64,000 bases of DNA from Actinomycetales bacterium (GCA_027484085.1 JAIXQF010000004.1:170035-234034), one strand, 5' to 3'; shown: positions 17,045 through 27,139, counted from the stretch's first letter. Numbers and translations are program-made. Notes: generated by a model not told the origin, from the letters alone.

Positions 17045-18367
17045 ATGCGTATTACAGAAGCCGACAAGAAGTTCCTCAAGGCTGACATTGAGGTTCTAAA
17101 GGCACCAGAGTTAGATTCCCCGCCAGCACAACGACTACCAGAAGTAATCGAAACTGTTTCGAAGATGCTTTCTGATATTGAGAAGAACGGTCTTGATGCC
17201 GTTAAGAAGTATGCCCGCGATCTTGATAAGTGGGACAAGGATTTCGAGTTGAGTGCCGCCGATCTTGCCAAGACTGGTGACAAGCTTTCACCAGAACTTC
17301 GCAAGGCACTTGAGATTGGTTCAGAACGTACCAAGATGTTTGCAGTTGAAACACGCAAGCACTTAGTTGATTTCGAGCTAGAAACCACTCCCGGCGTTGT
17401 TTTGGGCCAGAAGTACATCCCAATCGAACGTGTTGGTGCTTACTTGCCTGCAGGTAACTTCCCAATTCTTTCTTCTGCTTTCATGACTGTTGGGGTATCC
17501 AAAGTTGCTGGCGTGCCAATGACTATGGCTTGCACACCTCCTATGTCTGACACAGGTGGCAATGACGCAGTTCTTTACTCTGCATATCTATCTGGCGTGG
17601 ATCGCACCTTCATTCTTGGTGGTGTTCAAGCCCTTGCTGCAATGACATTTGGTCTACTTGGCGAAAAACCAGTCGACATCCTTGTTGGTGCAGGCAATGC
17701 TTACGTTGCAGAAGCCAAGCGTCAGCTGTTCGGCCGCGTTGGTATTGATCTTCTTGCAGGTCCATCTGAAGTAGCAGTTATCGCAGATGAAACTGCTGAT
17801 GCCCGCATGGTCGCTTGCGATCTTTTGGGTCAAGCAGAACATGGCATGCAATCGCCTGCTTCGCTGGTAACAACTTCGCGCGAATTAGGACTTGCTGTTA
17901 TCGAAGAAGTTAAGCGCCAGCTTGCTGAACTTTCTACCGAATACATCGCCGGTCCAGCGTGGCGCGATTACGGAACTGTTTACCTAGTCAAGACACCAGA
18001 TGAAGCCATTGAAGTTATGGACACTTTGGCACCAGAGCACCTAGAAATCCTGACTGGTGATAACGACTACTACCTAAAGCATCTTAAGAACTACGGCTCA
18101 CTTTTCATTGGCGAATGGTCCACAGTTTCTTATGCAGACAAGGGAACAACTGGTACCAACCATGTGCTTCCAACTGGTGGTGGCGCGAAGTACACATCTG
18201 GTTTATCGGTTGGTCGCTTCCTAAAGCCAGTTACTTACCAAACTTCAACTCGCGAATCCACAATGCAGGTTGCACCTCACAACTCTGCAATCGCAGGATT
18301 CGAAGGCATGTCAGCACATAAAGCAACTGCAGACTTGCGTATCGAGATGCTAAACGCTGGAAAGTAA
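17045..18367 (+). CDS. Histidinol dehydrogenase paralog, HpsN (sulfopropanediol 3-dehydrogenase)-like
   Basis: PGVVLGQKYIPI, VAEAKRQLFGRVGIDL, DLLGQAEH, EHLE, DKGTTGTNHVLPT; catabolic context with no other his genes. Confidence 0.75.
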   Translation: MRITEADKKFLKADIEVLKAPELDSPPAQRLPEVIETVSKMLSDIEKNGLDAVKKYARDLDKWDKDFELSAADLAKTGDKLSPELRKALEIGSERTKMFAVETRKHLVDFELETTPGVVLGQKYIPIERVGAYLPAGNFPILSSAFMTVGVSKVAGVPMTMACTPPMSDTGGNDAVLYSAYLSGVDRTFILGGVQALAAMTFGLLGEKPVDILVGAGNAYVAEAKRQLFGRVGIDLLAGPSEVAVIADETADARMVACDLLGQAEHGMQSPASLVTTSRELGLAVIEEVKRQLAELSTEYIAGPAWRDYGTVYLVKTPDEAIEVMDTLAPEHLEILTGDNDYYLKHLKNYGSLFIGEWSTVSYADKGTTGTNHVLPTGGGAKYTSGLSVGRFLKPVTYQTSTRESTMQVAPHNSAIAGFEGMSAHKATADLRIEMLNAGK

Positions 18368-18373
18368 ATCTCA

Positions 18374-18417
18374 AAAACAAAGGCCCGCTCTAGAAAGTTA
18401 GAGCGGGCCTTTGTTTT
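18374..18417. terminator. Bidirectional intrinsic terminator
   Basis: AAAACAAAGGCCCGCTCTAG-AAAG-TTAGAGCGGGCCTTTGTTTT between convergent genes. Confidence 0.9.
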
Positions 18418-18422
18418 GCTAT

Positions 18423-20312
18423 TTATAGATCTATACGAGTTCCAATTGTGATTACGCGGTCATATGGCAACCCATAGAACTCAGTTGGAGCCACAGAGTT
18501 TCTGTGAAGTAATTCAAACAAGGCCTCAGTTCGGTGTCCGATAGAGCCATGGTCGGACGCTAAGAAGTGACGCTCCGAAAGGTAATACGTTGCAACCTTT
18601 TCTTTTTCGCCGAGTACTTCTCGTTCAAGTACCTCTGGCAAGTTGATGGTTTCCATATAGCCTGCATACACTGTGACGCGACATAAGCGATCTGAAATGT
18701 GATCACACAAAACCGGTGTTGTGCTAACTGGTTGGGTATCTGACTTAACTGTCACGACAATTACTTCCTCAGGCAAGGAATGCATAACCGTAACGTGCGA
18801 GATCAAAGCAGCCGGAACCATTTCTGCTGGTGATGCCATAAAGATTGCAACACCTGGAACGCTTGCAATCTCGCCAGTTTCTAAGCCTTGATAAATATCC
18901 TGCCAAGTGCGAGTGGATTCACGCATTCTTCGGTTCAAAGCTCGGTTTCCAGATCGCCAGATACTCATGATCGCGAACACCAAGCCACCAAGTGCAATTG
19001 GAACCCAACCACCATCGAAAACATTGCCAGCAGTTCCAATAAGGAAACTTAAATCAACAACTAAGAACGTCACAGTCAGTGGCAAAACCTTAGCCAGGGA
19101 CCACTCCCAAACTTGGCGAGCCACAATATGGAATGCAAAGGTTGTTATCGCCATTGTTCCTGCGATCGCTAGCACATACGCGCTAGCAAGTGCTGAGGAT
19201 GACTTAAATCCGATTACCAGCGCAATACTCGAAATACCCACAAGCCAATTCACGATTGGAACATAAATTTGTCCTTCATGCTCTGCACTTGTATGACGAA
19301 TTGTTAGGCGTGGGAATAGACCTAGCTGAACAGCTTGTCGGGATAGTGAAAATACGCCAGTGATCAACGCTTGGCTAGCGATGACAGTGGCGAGCGTTGC
19401 AGAAATAATCAAAACTACGAGCATCGTTTGGTTAGGCGCCAAACCGAAGAATGGATTTGATGCTGCCTCAGGATTGGTTTTGACTAAAGCTGCCTGACCT
19501 AAGTAGCAAAGAATTAACGCCGGACCAACTAGAAACATCCATGCCCATCGAATTGGGTTAACTCCAAAGTGACCCATGTCGGCATACAGCGCCTCTGCTC
19601 CGGTTACGCACAAAATTACAGACGCCAGAATTGCAAAAGTCTTGAACCCATTTTGTCCGATGTATTCAAACGCATACACCGGTGATAGCGCCTTGATTAC
19701 GGATGGTTCACCAAGAAATCTGTATACCCCGAGCCCACCAATTAATCCGAACCACCAAAGCATTACCGGACCAAATACATTTCCAATGGCATGAGTTCCG
19801 CGTGACTGCACAAGAAACAGCGAAGCAAGAATAAGAACGGTAAGCGGAACTGCAACTTTTTCTAAGTCTTCATTAAGTAAAGCCAAGCCTTCGGTTGCAG
19901 ACAAGACCGAAATTGCAGGAGTTAATACGCCGTCACCAAATAAGAGTGCAGTTCCCACCAAAATCAAAATCAAAGCTGCATTATGCTTCGCGGTTTTCGG
20001 TCCGCGGATCTTGCGAGGCATCAGTGAAAGTAGCGCGAGAATGCCACCTTCACCTTTATTGTCAGCGCGCATTACGAAACTCAAGTATTTGACGGAAACA
20101 ACCAGAGTAAGGGTCCAGAAAAAGAGGGAAACAATTCCGTAGATGTCATCCGAAGCAGCACCTGATCTATGCAAGGTTTCTTTCAGCGCGTAAATCGGGC
20201 TAGTTCCAATGTCACCGAATACAACGCCAGTGGCACCCAAAATTAAACTTGCTTGTCCAGCTAGCTTGGATTTCTTTTGCGATGTTTCCGAATTGCCACT
20301 TTGCTTAGACAT
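18423..20312 (-). CDS. kup: KUP/HAK/KT potassium transporter
   Basis: GVVFGDIGTSPIY, ADNKGEGG, GDGVLTPAISV, EALYADMGHF, GQIYVP. Confidence 0.95.
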   Translation of the reverse strand: MSKQSGNSETSQKKSKLAGQASLILGATGVVFGDIGTSPIYALKETLHRSGAASDDIYGIVSLFFWTLTLVVSVKYLSFVMRADNKGEGGILALLSLMPRKIRGPKTAKHNAALILILVGTALLFGDGVLTPAISVLSATEGLALLNEDLEKVAVPLTVLILASLFLVQSRGTHAIGNVFGPVMLWWFGLIGGLGVYRFLGEPSVIKALSPVYAFEYIGQNGFKTFAILASVILCVTGAEALYADMGHFGVNPIRWAWMFLVGPALILCYLGQAALVKTNPEAASNPFFGLAPNQTMLVVLIISATLATVIASQALITGVFSLSRQAVQLGLFPRLTIRHTSAEHEGQIYVPIVNWLVGISSIALVIGFKSSSALASAYVLAIAGTMAITTFAFHIVARQVWEWSLAKVLPLTVTFLVVDLSFLIGTAGNVFDGGWVPIALGGLVFAIMSIWRSGNRALNRRMRESTRTWQDIYQGLETGEIASVPGVAIFMASPAEMVPAALISHVTVMHSLPEEVIVVTVKSDTQPVSTTPVLCDHISDRLCRVTVYAGYMETINLPEVLEREVLGEKEKVATYYLSERHFLASDHGSIGHRTEALFELLHRNSVAPTEFYGLPYDRVITIGTRIDL

Positions 20313-20388
20313 CTAGAATCTTTCGTTAGCAGTCGACGGTGCGAGTAGCACCCTATTTATCTTATGCACTTGATGTGGATGGACTGAC

Positions 20389-21816
20389 TCACGTTGGGAC
20401 TTTCGCCACCTTTAATGTTTGAATTTTTGGCGGCACTGTAGGACTCATCAGAATTTCAATTTCTACCAAACCTGAATCACTCGAAACTTGCCATTTAGCG
20501 TGTGCTGGCGTGGTACTAGAAAGCGTGCCAGGTATGCGCGTGATTGCGCTGGCATTGCCAACAATCTCAATGATCGATGACATTCGCTCATGTCGAGGTT
20601 GATCCAGATCCATATTCACAGCAAACCAGTCATCTGCTTTTTGATCACTCCAGTTCTGCAGCAAATTTTCAACAGCATTCATTGCAGATGCAGTTTCAAA
20701 CCAAAGGTCTGATTCAGAATATGTTCTTGCTGGTGCATGGTCACGAACGATTATGTTCATCGCCTCACTCGCAGCTGGCATCATCGGCGCATACGTGCGA
20801 TTGCCAAGTGCCACGATTCCCCAGCCAGATTGCGGATGCCAACGCATGTGAGAGCCAAAGCCTGGGTAGCCGCCACTGTGCGAAACAAATCGACCAAGCA
20901 ACGAATCATCATCAACCAGTAAGCCATAGCCATATGAAGTAGTTATTGATTTAATTTGATCGGTATGGCTATCCAAAAATGCAGCAGTGCGCGCATGTCG
21001 TTGCGGCTCTTGCATTTCGCGTCTACTCCACCTTTGCAATGGATGTGTCGATGACTCATTCCATGCCGACTGGAAACCAGCAACCCATTTTGCTAAGTCT
21101 TCAACGTTGCTAAGCAGACCCCCCATAGCGCTGAATGCACCGGGAATTGTCAGTGGCTCAGGAACAAAGCCACTCGCAAATTCGGCATATCCCTGGACGA
21201 ATCGTTCATTCGCAACTTCGGATTGATGGAATGTCGTTGAAGACATTTTCAGCGGATTATGAATCTCTGATTTAACGAAATCGAGGTAATCAACTCCACT
21301 AACAACGGTGATCACACGACCCAGCAATGCATATCCAAGGTTCGAATACTCAAATCCCATTCGTGGTGTTCTCGTAAACGAAAGCCCTTGACTTACAAGG
21401 TCGTCAAAGGCTTCAATTTCTAAACTTTCTTGCCGATCGCCCCATGGGTCATCAGTTGGGAAACCTGCATTCATAGTTAGTAAATCCCGAATCGTAATCG
21501 GGTGACCGGATTCTGGAACACCGATGCTCGTTGTCCAAGGAAGATATTCGGTTACGGCATCATCGAGCCGGAGCTTGCCAGTGTCCCGCAACAACAAGAT
21601 TGCGGTGGCGGTAAAACTTTTCGTCATTGATGCAATTCGAAACACACTTGACTGATCTGGACATGCCGTTGAATCCAAGACGATTTCGCCAAAGCCTTTG
21701 GAATGGACAAGCTGGCCGTCTTTAATCAGGCCATATGCAATTCCTGGGATCCTTTTCTCTTGCTGATGTTTTGAGAAGTGTTGATCCATCAAGTCAAAGG
21801 TGTGCTGGTAATCCAT
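20389..21816 (-). CDS. Serine hydrolase, beta-lactamase (AmpC-like) family
   Basis: FRIASMTK (SxxK), YSN, HSGG. Confidence 0.85.
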   Translation of the reverse strand: MDYQHTFDLMDQHFSKHQQEKRIPGIAYGLIKDGQLVHSKGFGEIVLDSTACPDQSSVFRIASMTKSFTATAILLLRDTGKLRLDDAVTEYLPWTTSIGVPESGHPITIRDLLTMNAGFPTDDPWGDRQESLEIEAFDDLVSQGLSFTRTPRMGFEYSNLGYALLGRVITVVSGVDYLDFVKSEIHNPLKMSSTTFHQSEVANERFVQGYAEFASGFVPEPLTIPGAFSAMGGLLSNVEDLAKWVAGFQSAWNESSTHPLQRWSRREMQEPQRHARTAAFLDSHTDQIKSITTSYGYGLLVDDDSLLGRFVSHSGGYPGFGSHMRWHPQSGWGIVALGNRTYAPMMPAASEAMNIIVRDHAPARTYSESDLWFETASAMNAVENLLQNWSDQKADDWFAVNMDLDQPRHERMSSIIEIVGNASAITRIPGTLSSTTPAHAKWQVSSDSGLVEIEILMSPTVPPKIQTLKVAKVPT

Positions 21817-21900
21817 GTCCTCAAGTTTGCCATTTAAGTTACGAAAGAACCCACAGACATTTAGATAGGCTCAATTCGGTATTTAGTCGAAGGAGATATC

Positions 21901-22332
21901 GTGGATTTAAGTTCCGTTAGCTGGACCGGCGTTCTGGCTGTCTTTGTTGTTAACTTCTTAATCGGTTTTGCTTGGTTCAATGGCAAGACGTTTTATCCAC
22001 TTTGGTGGAAGGCACTAGGTAAATCTCCTTCTGAAGAACCGGGCCAGGGTCAAAGTATGGGCGCCGTTTTCGGATCCACTATTTTGGCAGGAATTGTGCT
22101 TTCCACAGCAATGTCAGTTTTGGCGAGTTTGGTTACGCAGGCAAGCGGTACAGATTTCACAATCGCTAATGGAATTTCGCTTGGCTTGTTTGTAGGTGTT
22201 GGCATAGTCTCCGCACAATCTCTCAGCCATAAACTTTTCGGCCAACAAGGTTGGATGGTTTGGCTGATTGAATCTGGTGGCGATGTTGCAGCCGCAGTTG
22301 GCATGGGCATAGCTCTAAGTTTTATTTACTAA
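21901..22332 (+). CDS. DUF1761-like membrane protein
   Basis: Four hydrophobic helices, IGFAW...F...W pattern; RBS AAGGAG. Confidence 0.7.
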   Translation: MDLSSVSWTGVLAVFVVNFLIGFAWFNGKTFYPLWWKALGKSPSEEPGQGQSMGAVFGSTILAGIVLSTAMSVLASLVTQASGTDFTIANGISLGLFVGVGIVSAQSLSHKLFGQQGWMVWLIESGGDVAAAVGMGIALSFIY

Positions 22333-22349
22333 TTCTTCAATTCTGCGAA

Positions 22350-22389
22350 GACTGCCTACTTCTCATAGATTTGAGGGTAGGCAGTTTTT
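22350..22389 (+). terminator. Intrinsic terminator
   Basis: ACTGCCTACTTCTCA-TAGATT-TGAGGGTAGGCAGT followed by a T run. Confidence 0.7.
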
Positions 22390-22404
22390 CTTAGGAGACA
22401 TCAA

Positions 22405-23331
22405 GTGGCAGCAAATGCGTTACAAGAACGCTTTGGCACTCGATTTCGCCGAATCATTACCAATACCGAAGATGGCGTCCCACCTTGGATGGATGCGGTT
22501 GAGTCCGGTGAAACCCGAGGACTTTATCTCCCGCACGATGCGCCGTGGGTGGTTCATGGAGATGTTGCAACTTTAATTGGCGGTATTCGCGCATTACTTA
22601 TGCAGGCATTGCACCCGGGAAGTCTTGCCGGTGTTGAACAGCACTCTCGGTATGAGCACGATCCACTTGGTCGACTTGCTGGCACCACAAAATGGCTCAC
22701 GATAGCAACCTTTGGCTCTGCTGAAGCGTTAGCTAATGAATCTGCTCGAGTGAATCGAATGCACGACCATGTCAAAGGTGAATACACAACAGGCAAAGGC
22801 GAAGCCAAGGCCTACAAAGCTGCAGACCCAGATTTACTCGCTTGGGTTCACATTGCCTTTACTGATTCATTTTTAACAACACACGAACTTTATGGCGCCG
22901 AAGAAATTCCAGGTGGTCCTGATGAGTATGTTTCACAGTGGTCAAAGTCAGTGGCTCCACTTGGATTAATCGATGCCCCTATGTCTAGAGCCGAACTAAA
23001 GCGAGAGATTAAGCGCTATCGCGACGAAGGCATTTTGGCCACAAGTGAAACGACGAAACAAGTTGTGGAGTTTATTCGCAAGCCACCACTTTCTAAGACT
23101 GCGTTAGTTGCCTACGATCGAATGTTTGATGGGGCAGTCGCATCAATCCCAGCGGAATTCCAAGAAATGTTGGGACTTAAGGGGAAGAGCTTGAAAATCG
23201 CGGGACCAATTACCCGTGGCTTACTAACTTCACTCCGCATGGCTCTGGGTCCAAGTTCACCGATGGAAGATGCTGCGATCGCACGCTTGATTCGCATCGG
23301 TGAATTGCCCCAAGACTATTCCGCTAGTTAA
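22405..23331 (+). CDS. MpaB/Lcp-like oxygenase family protein (DUF2236)
   Basis: GGIRALLMQALHP, DPLGRL, VNRMH, DPDLLAWVH. Confidence 0.8.
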   Translation: MAANALQERFGTRFRRIITNTEDGVPPWMDAVESGETRGLYLPHDAPWVVHGDVATLIGGIRALLMQALHPGSLAGVEQHSRYEHDPLGRLAGTTKWLTIATFGSAEALANESARVNRMHDHVKGEYTTGKGEAKAYKAADPDLLAWVHIAFTDSFLTTHELYGAEEIPGGPDEYVSQWSKSVAPLGLIDAPMSRAELKREIKRYRDEGILATSETTKQVVEFIRKPPLSKTALVAYDRMFDGAVASIPAEFQEMLGLKGKSLKIAGPITRGLLTSLRMALGPSSPMEDAAIARLIRIGELPQDYSAS

Positions 23332-24712
23332 AGTCCACGTATTCGTCGGCGATTGCCAGCTGTAGCCATTGACGTGAATCTTCAGAATCACTTTCACTTA
23401 GTAAATAAGCCGGAAGCAAAATAATCGAGCCATCGTTTAGGTACCAAGAAATCAAACTTGTTTCTACTTTGGAAATTGTTACTCGGTAAACACCTGCATC
23501 TAAAATTGGCTGGCCTACCTGATTGCGCGCTACCGCCAATGAATTTCCACCGATCGTTAGATCCCCTGGATAGACCATCCCGTCCTTAAAAACTTCCTGT
23601 GATGCCAAATTCACCCAAAGTCCATTCTGGGAGCGCTCAATTGCAGTCCTGGCACCAACAATTTTGTACTCAGCCGTCGGAACAAATTTGGCAAAGAAAC
23701 CATTAGCACTCAAGATCTTGTTATCTGGGCCAACCGTCATCGTCCAAAACTGATTTGATGCAATTCCATCGATGGATACCTCTGCAGTTACCAACTTGTA
23801 AACACCTGCGAGTTCAGTGCCGTAGCCCCACGTACCACCGTTGTCGCTAACCGACCAGGAAGCTGATTCAGAATTGAATCCAAGCGCAATGAATTTTTCT
23901 TTAGCTAATGCCAAGGCAGACTCATCAGTTGGAAAATTTCCGCCAGGTGTTTCACATTCACTTGGCGCTGGCATTGGTTTAGAAGTTGCACCCGGCTCTG
24001 CTGTTGCTACATCAACGCCCGACACCCCTGCCGAAGAACTGGACTTGGTGTCATACATAGGTATGTCACCGCCGCAGTAACTGGGGTTAACCGATGAGTC
24101 AATGTAATTCCAAGTTACTAACTGACTTAAATCCCAGCTTGACCCACTGATTTGGGCGACTGCTTTGGTATAACTTTTGTCACCAACGAAGTAACCATCT
24201 GTCTTGCTTCCAGTAATTTTTCCATCAACTAAAAACGTATTTGCGATTACTTCAAGCTGAGCTTTGCGATCAACATCGCTGGCATCAAATGTGTAACCAA
24301 CTTGAACACCTGAAGTATTAGAAATATCTGAGCCAGCTTCTAGGTAAGCGCGGCCACCCCATCCTGCAAAATCACCCGCTAGTGACAATTTTTGATCTTG
24401 CGCTCCTACTGCCGAGCTTCTTTCAGGTGCAGAAATGGGAGAATAAACAAACCATGAATCGGAACTAGATTGCGCTGCAATCGTGTATCCAGCCCCGCCA
24501 CCTACGAATAACGCAACGCTCGCTGCCACAGCAACTGGCGCAAGCCAAGAACGCTTAGAGATAGTTACTACTTTGTTTGATTCAGCCAGAACTGAGGCAC
24601 GAATAGCGGCTAGATCTGGAACAGATGCTGAGTTGGCAGGATCATTTGCCCGCAACAACTCCCAAGCCTGGTCGCCTTCATTGCCAAATTCTTTGCCGAA
24701 TTCGTTAGTCAT
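23324..24712 (-). CDS. Single-pass membrane protein, probable anti-sigma factor
   Basis: N-terminal LLRANDPA motif, one TM helix, large extracytoplasmic domain ending LLPAY; adjacent to an ECF sigma. Confidence 0.6.
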   Translation of the reverse strand: MTNEFGKEFGNEGDQAWELLRANDPANSASVPDLAAIRASVLAESNKVVTISKRSWLAPVAVAASVALFVGGGAGYTIAAQSSSDSWFVYSPISAPERSSAVGAQDQKLSLAGDFAGWGGRAYLEAGSDISNTSGVQVGYTFDASDVDRKAQLEVIANTFLVDGKITGSKTDGYFVGDKSYTKAVAQISGSSWDLSQLVTWNYIDSSVNPSYCGGDIPMYDTKSSSSAGVSGVDVATAEPGATSKPMPAPSECETPGGNFPTDESALALAKEKFIALGFNSESASWSVSDNGGTWGYGTELAGVYKLVTAEVSIDGIASNQFWTMTVGPDNKILSANGFFAKFVPTAEYKIVGARTAIERSQNGLWVNLASQEVFKDGMVYPGDLTIGGNSLAVARNQVGQPILDAGVYRVTISKVETSLISWYLNDGSIILLPAYLLSESDSEDSRQWLQLAIADEYVDFN

Positions 24713-24740
24713 GATTTCTCCTATTTGCTCTGTACCCTTC

Positions 24741-24769
24741 TTATGTCACTTGCCCCCTAAATCTTTCAC
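24741..24769 (-). promoter_or_regulatory. ECF-type promoter motif (leftward)
   Basis: GTGAAAGA-N14-GACATAA on the minus strand, identical to the rightward copy. Confidence 0.7.
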
Positions 24770-24795
24770 TTAGATTTAAAGGTATTTGGCTAATC

Positions 24796-24824
24796 GTGAA
24801 AGAAACCGTTCAGTTTCGACATAA
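24796..24824 (+). promoter_or_regulatory. ECF-type promoter motif (rightward)
   Basis: GTGAAAGA-N14-GACATAA upstream of the sigma gene. Confidence 0.7.
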
Positions 24825-24856
24825 ATTGATGGCAAGAGCGATTTAGGGAGTATCTG

Positions 24857-25327
24857 GTGTCCGCACTTGAGTTCGAGGAGCTCTACGAACGCCATGCTCT
24901 GGATGTTTATCGATACATATCCCGTCGTCATATTGGTAACGATTCCCAAGATTTAACGAGTGATGTCTTTGTTATTGCGTTGCAAAAAATTAACTCGATA
25001 CCTGTTGGGTCAGAGTTACCCTGGCTTTATCGCACCGCATGGAATGTCTTAGCAAACGCTCATCGAAAAAATGATCCGATCCCCACAGATTTTGTGTTGA
25101 GTGAAGTTGAACCTGATTGTGCCGACGAAGTTATAACCAATGACCAACTAAGCAAAGCCTGGAAACTTGTTCCTGAAAAAGATCGTGAAGTTTTGCGGCT
25201 GGCAGCTTGGGAAGGCCTTAACGGAAAAGAATTAGCGCAAGCAATAGGTATTTCCGAAGGTGGTGCTGGCGCTGCATTGTCCCGAGCCCGAGCAAATTTG
25301 CGCAAAGCTTGGGAAGAAGAAAACTAA
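24857..25327 (+). CDS. ECF RNA polymerase sigma factor
   Basis: FEELYERH, QDLTSDVF, PWLYRTA (region 2); REVLRLAAWEGL...LSRAR (region 4). Confidence 0.9.
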   Translation: MSALEFEELYERHALDVYRYISRRHIGNDSQDLTSDVFVIALQKINSIPVGSELPWLYRTAWNVLANAHRKNDPIPTDFVLSEVEPDCADEVITNDQLSKAWKLVPEKDREVLRLAAWEGLNGKELAQAIGISEGGAGAALSRARANLRKAWEEEN

Positions 25328-26083
25328 CTACATTCTTAAGTAAGAGGCGCCATTGAAATCAAGAACTGCGCCACTTGCCCAAAGCGAATCTTTTGAGGCT
25401 AAGAAGTAAATTGCACGAGCTAATTCATCAGGTTCAGCAACGCGACCAAATGGACTTTGATTACGAATGTCATCACCAGTTGGACCATCAAGAAGTTCAG
25501 CTGCCATTTCAGTGTCAACAAAACCTGGCGCCAATGTGGTGACGCCAATACCTTCTGGTGCAAGAGCCTTAGCAATTGACTGACCAAAGGCAACAATGGC
25601 TGCTTTGCTTGCGCCGTATGCCGGGCTAACTGGCTCACCGCGGAAAGCTCCACGGGAACCGACATTAACAATTCGGGAATCGCCGTGGCGTGGCATGTGT
25701 TGCAGCGCGCACCATGTGACATTTGCAGCGCCAGTTAAGTTAACGCCTAAAGTGTCAGCCCAAGCTTTTTGCCAAACTTCGTAACTCGAAGATTCAATTG
25801 GGTGATCAAAGAAAACCCCAGCATTGTTAATCAAAATGTCGATGTGACCAAATTCTTTAGCTACCGCATCGACCATTACTTTGATGGCGTCAGCATCACG
25901 TAGATCAGCTTGCGCAATCATGTGCCCAGAGCCTTGAAGTGACGCCATTACCTCTTGGGCAAGGTCACCATTTGAACTGTAGTGAACTGCAATGCGATCA
26001 CCTTGCTCAGCGAAGTGCTTTGCAATGCTGGCACCAATTCCACGCGAGCCACCGGTTACTAATACTGTGCGCTGGGTTGTCAT
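25328..26083 (-). CDS. SDR oxidoreductase
   Basis: TGGSRGIG, NNAG, YGASK. Confidence 0.9.
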   Translation of the reverse strand: MTTQRTVLVTGGSRGIGASIAKHFAEQGDRIAVHYSSNGDLAQEVMASLQGSGHMIAQADLRDADAIKVMVDAVAKEFGHIDILINNAGVFFDHPIESSSYEVWQKAWADTLGVNLTGAANVTWCALQHMPRHGDSRIVNVGSRGAFRGEPVSPAYGASKAAIVAFGQSIAKALAPEGIGVTTLAPGFVDTEMAAELLDGPTGDDIRNQSPFGRVAEPDELARAIYFLASKDSLWASGAVLDFNGASYLRM

Positions 26084-26095
26084 ATCAATTACTTC

Positions 26096-27139
26096 CTAGA
26101 TCGTTGCGGTATCAATTACAAAGCGGTAGCGAACATCACTGGCAAGTACTCGCTCGTATGCCTCATTGATTGCACTGGCTGGAATGATTTCGATGTCACT
26201 AACGATGTTGTGCTCACCACAGAAATCCAGCATCTCTTGGGTTTCTTTGATGCTTCCGATGTTGGAACCAGAAAGGCTTAGTTGGCGACCCATCAGGATG
26301 CTGCCATCTATTGAGTAAGGCTTGCCGGGCGCACCAACTACAACCAAAGATCCCCATTGACGAAGAGTTCCGATGTAACGACGAATTTCAATTTCCGCAG
26401 ACACAGTATTGATAATGAGATCGAAGGTATTGGCAAGTTTCTTTAGTTCTTCTTTGTCAGAAGTAACCACAAAATTCTTTGCTCCCATGGCAAGTGCGTC
26501 TTCGCGCTTACCTTCACTGTGACTCATCACGGTAACCTCTGCGCCCATTGCTACGGCAAGTTTCACAGCCATGTGCCCAAGTCCACCTAGACCCATAACA
26601 GCAACTTTTTTGCCAGGTCCGGCATTCCAGTGACGAAGTGGCGAGAACGTTGTGATGCCAGCACATAAAAGTGGCGCTGCTCCTGCGCGATCAAGATTCG
26701 CTGGCACGTGTAATGCGTAGTCAGCTTTAACTACAACGTTCTTTGAGTAACCACCGTAAGTAGGAGTAACACCATCGCGTTCCATACCGTTGTAGGTATA
26801 GGCCGAGTTGTCTAGGCACCAGTGATCGTTTCCATCTAAGCAGTATTCGCAAGTGCCACAAGAATCAACAAAGCAACCAACGCCCGCAACGTCACCGACT
26901 TTGAACTTGGTTACATTTGATCCAACTGCTACAACGGTGCCAACGATTTCATGTCCGGGCACCATAGGAAAAATTGCTTCGCCCCACTCTTCGTTAACTT
27001 GATGAATATCAGAGTGACAAATACCAGCAAACTCAATGTCGATAGAAATATCATTTGCGCCCACTTCACGGCGCTCAAACTCCCACGGCTCAAGTTTTCC
27101 GTTAGCAACCTGTGCGGCGTAACCCTTGGTCAATGACAT
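26096..27139 (-). CDS. NAD(P)-dependent Zn alcohol dehydrogenase (AdhC/cinnamyl type)
   Basis: GICHSD, GHEIVG, CGTCEYC, PLLCAGIT, GLGGLGH, RYRFVID. Confidence 0.92.
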   Translation of the reverse strand: MSLTKGYAAQVANGKLEPWEFERREVGANDISIDIEFAGICHSDIHQVNEEWGEAIFPMVPGHEIVGTVVAVGSNVTKFKVGDVAGVGCFVDSCGTCEYCLDGNDHWCLDNSAYTYNGMERDGVTPTYGGYSKNVVVKADYALHVPANLDRAGAAPLLCAGITTFSPLRHWNAGPGKKVAVMGLGGLGHMAVKLAVAMGAEVTVMSHSEGKREDALAMGAKNFVVTSDKEELKKLANTFDLIINTVSAEIEIRRYIGTLRQWGSLVVVGAPGKPYSIDGSILMGRQLSLSGSNIGSIKETQEMLDFCGEHNIVSDIEIIPASAINEAYERVLASDVRYRFVIDTATI

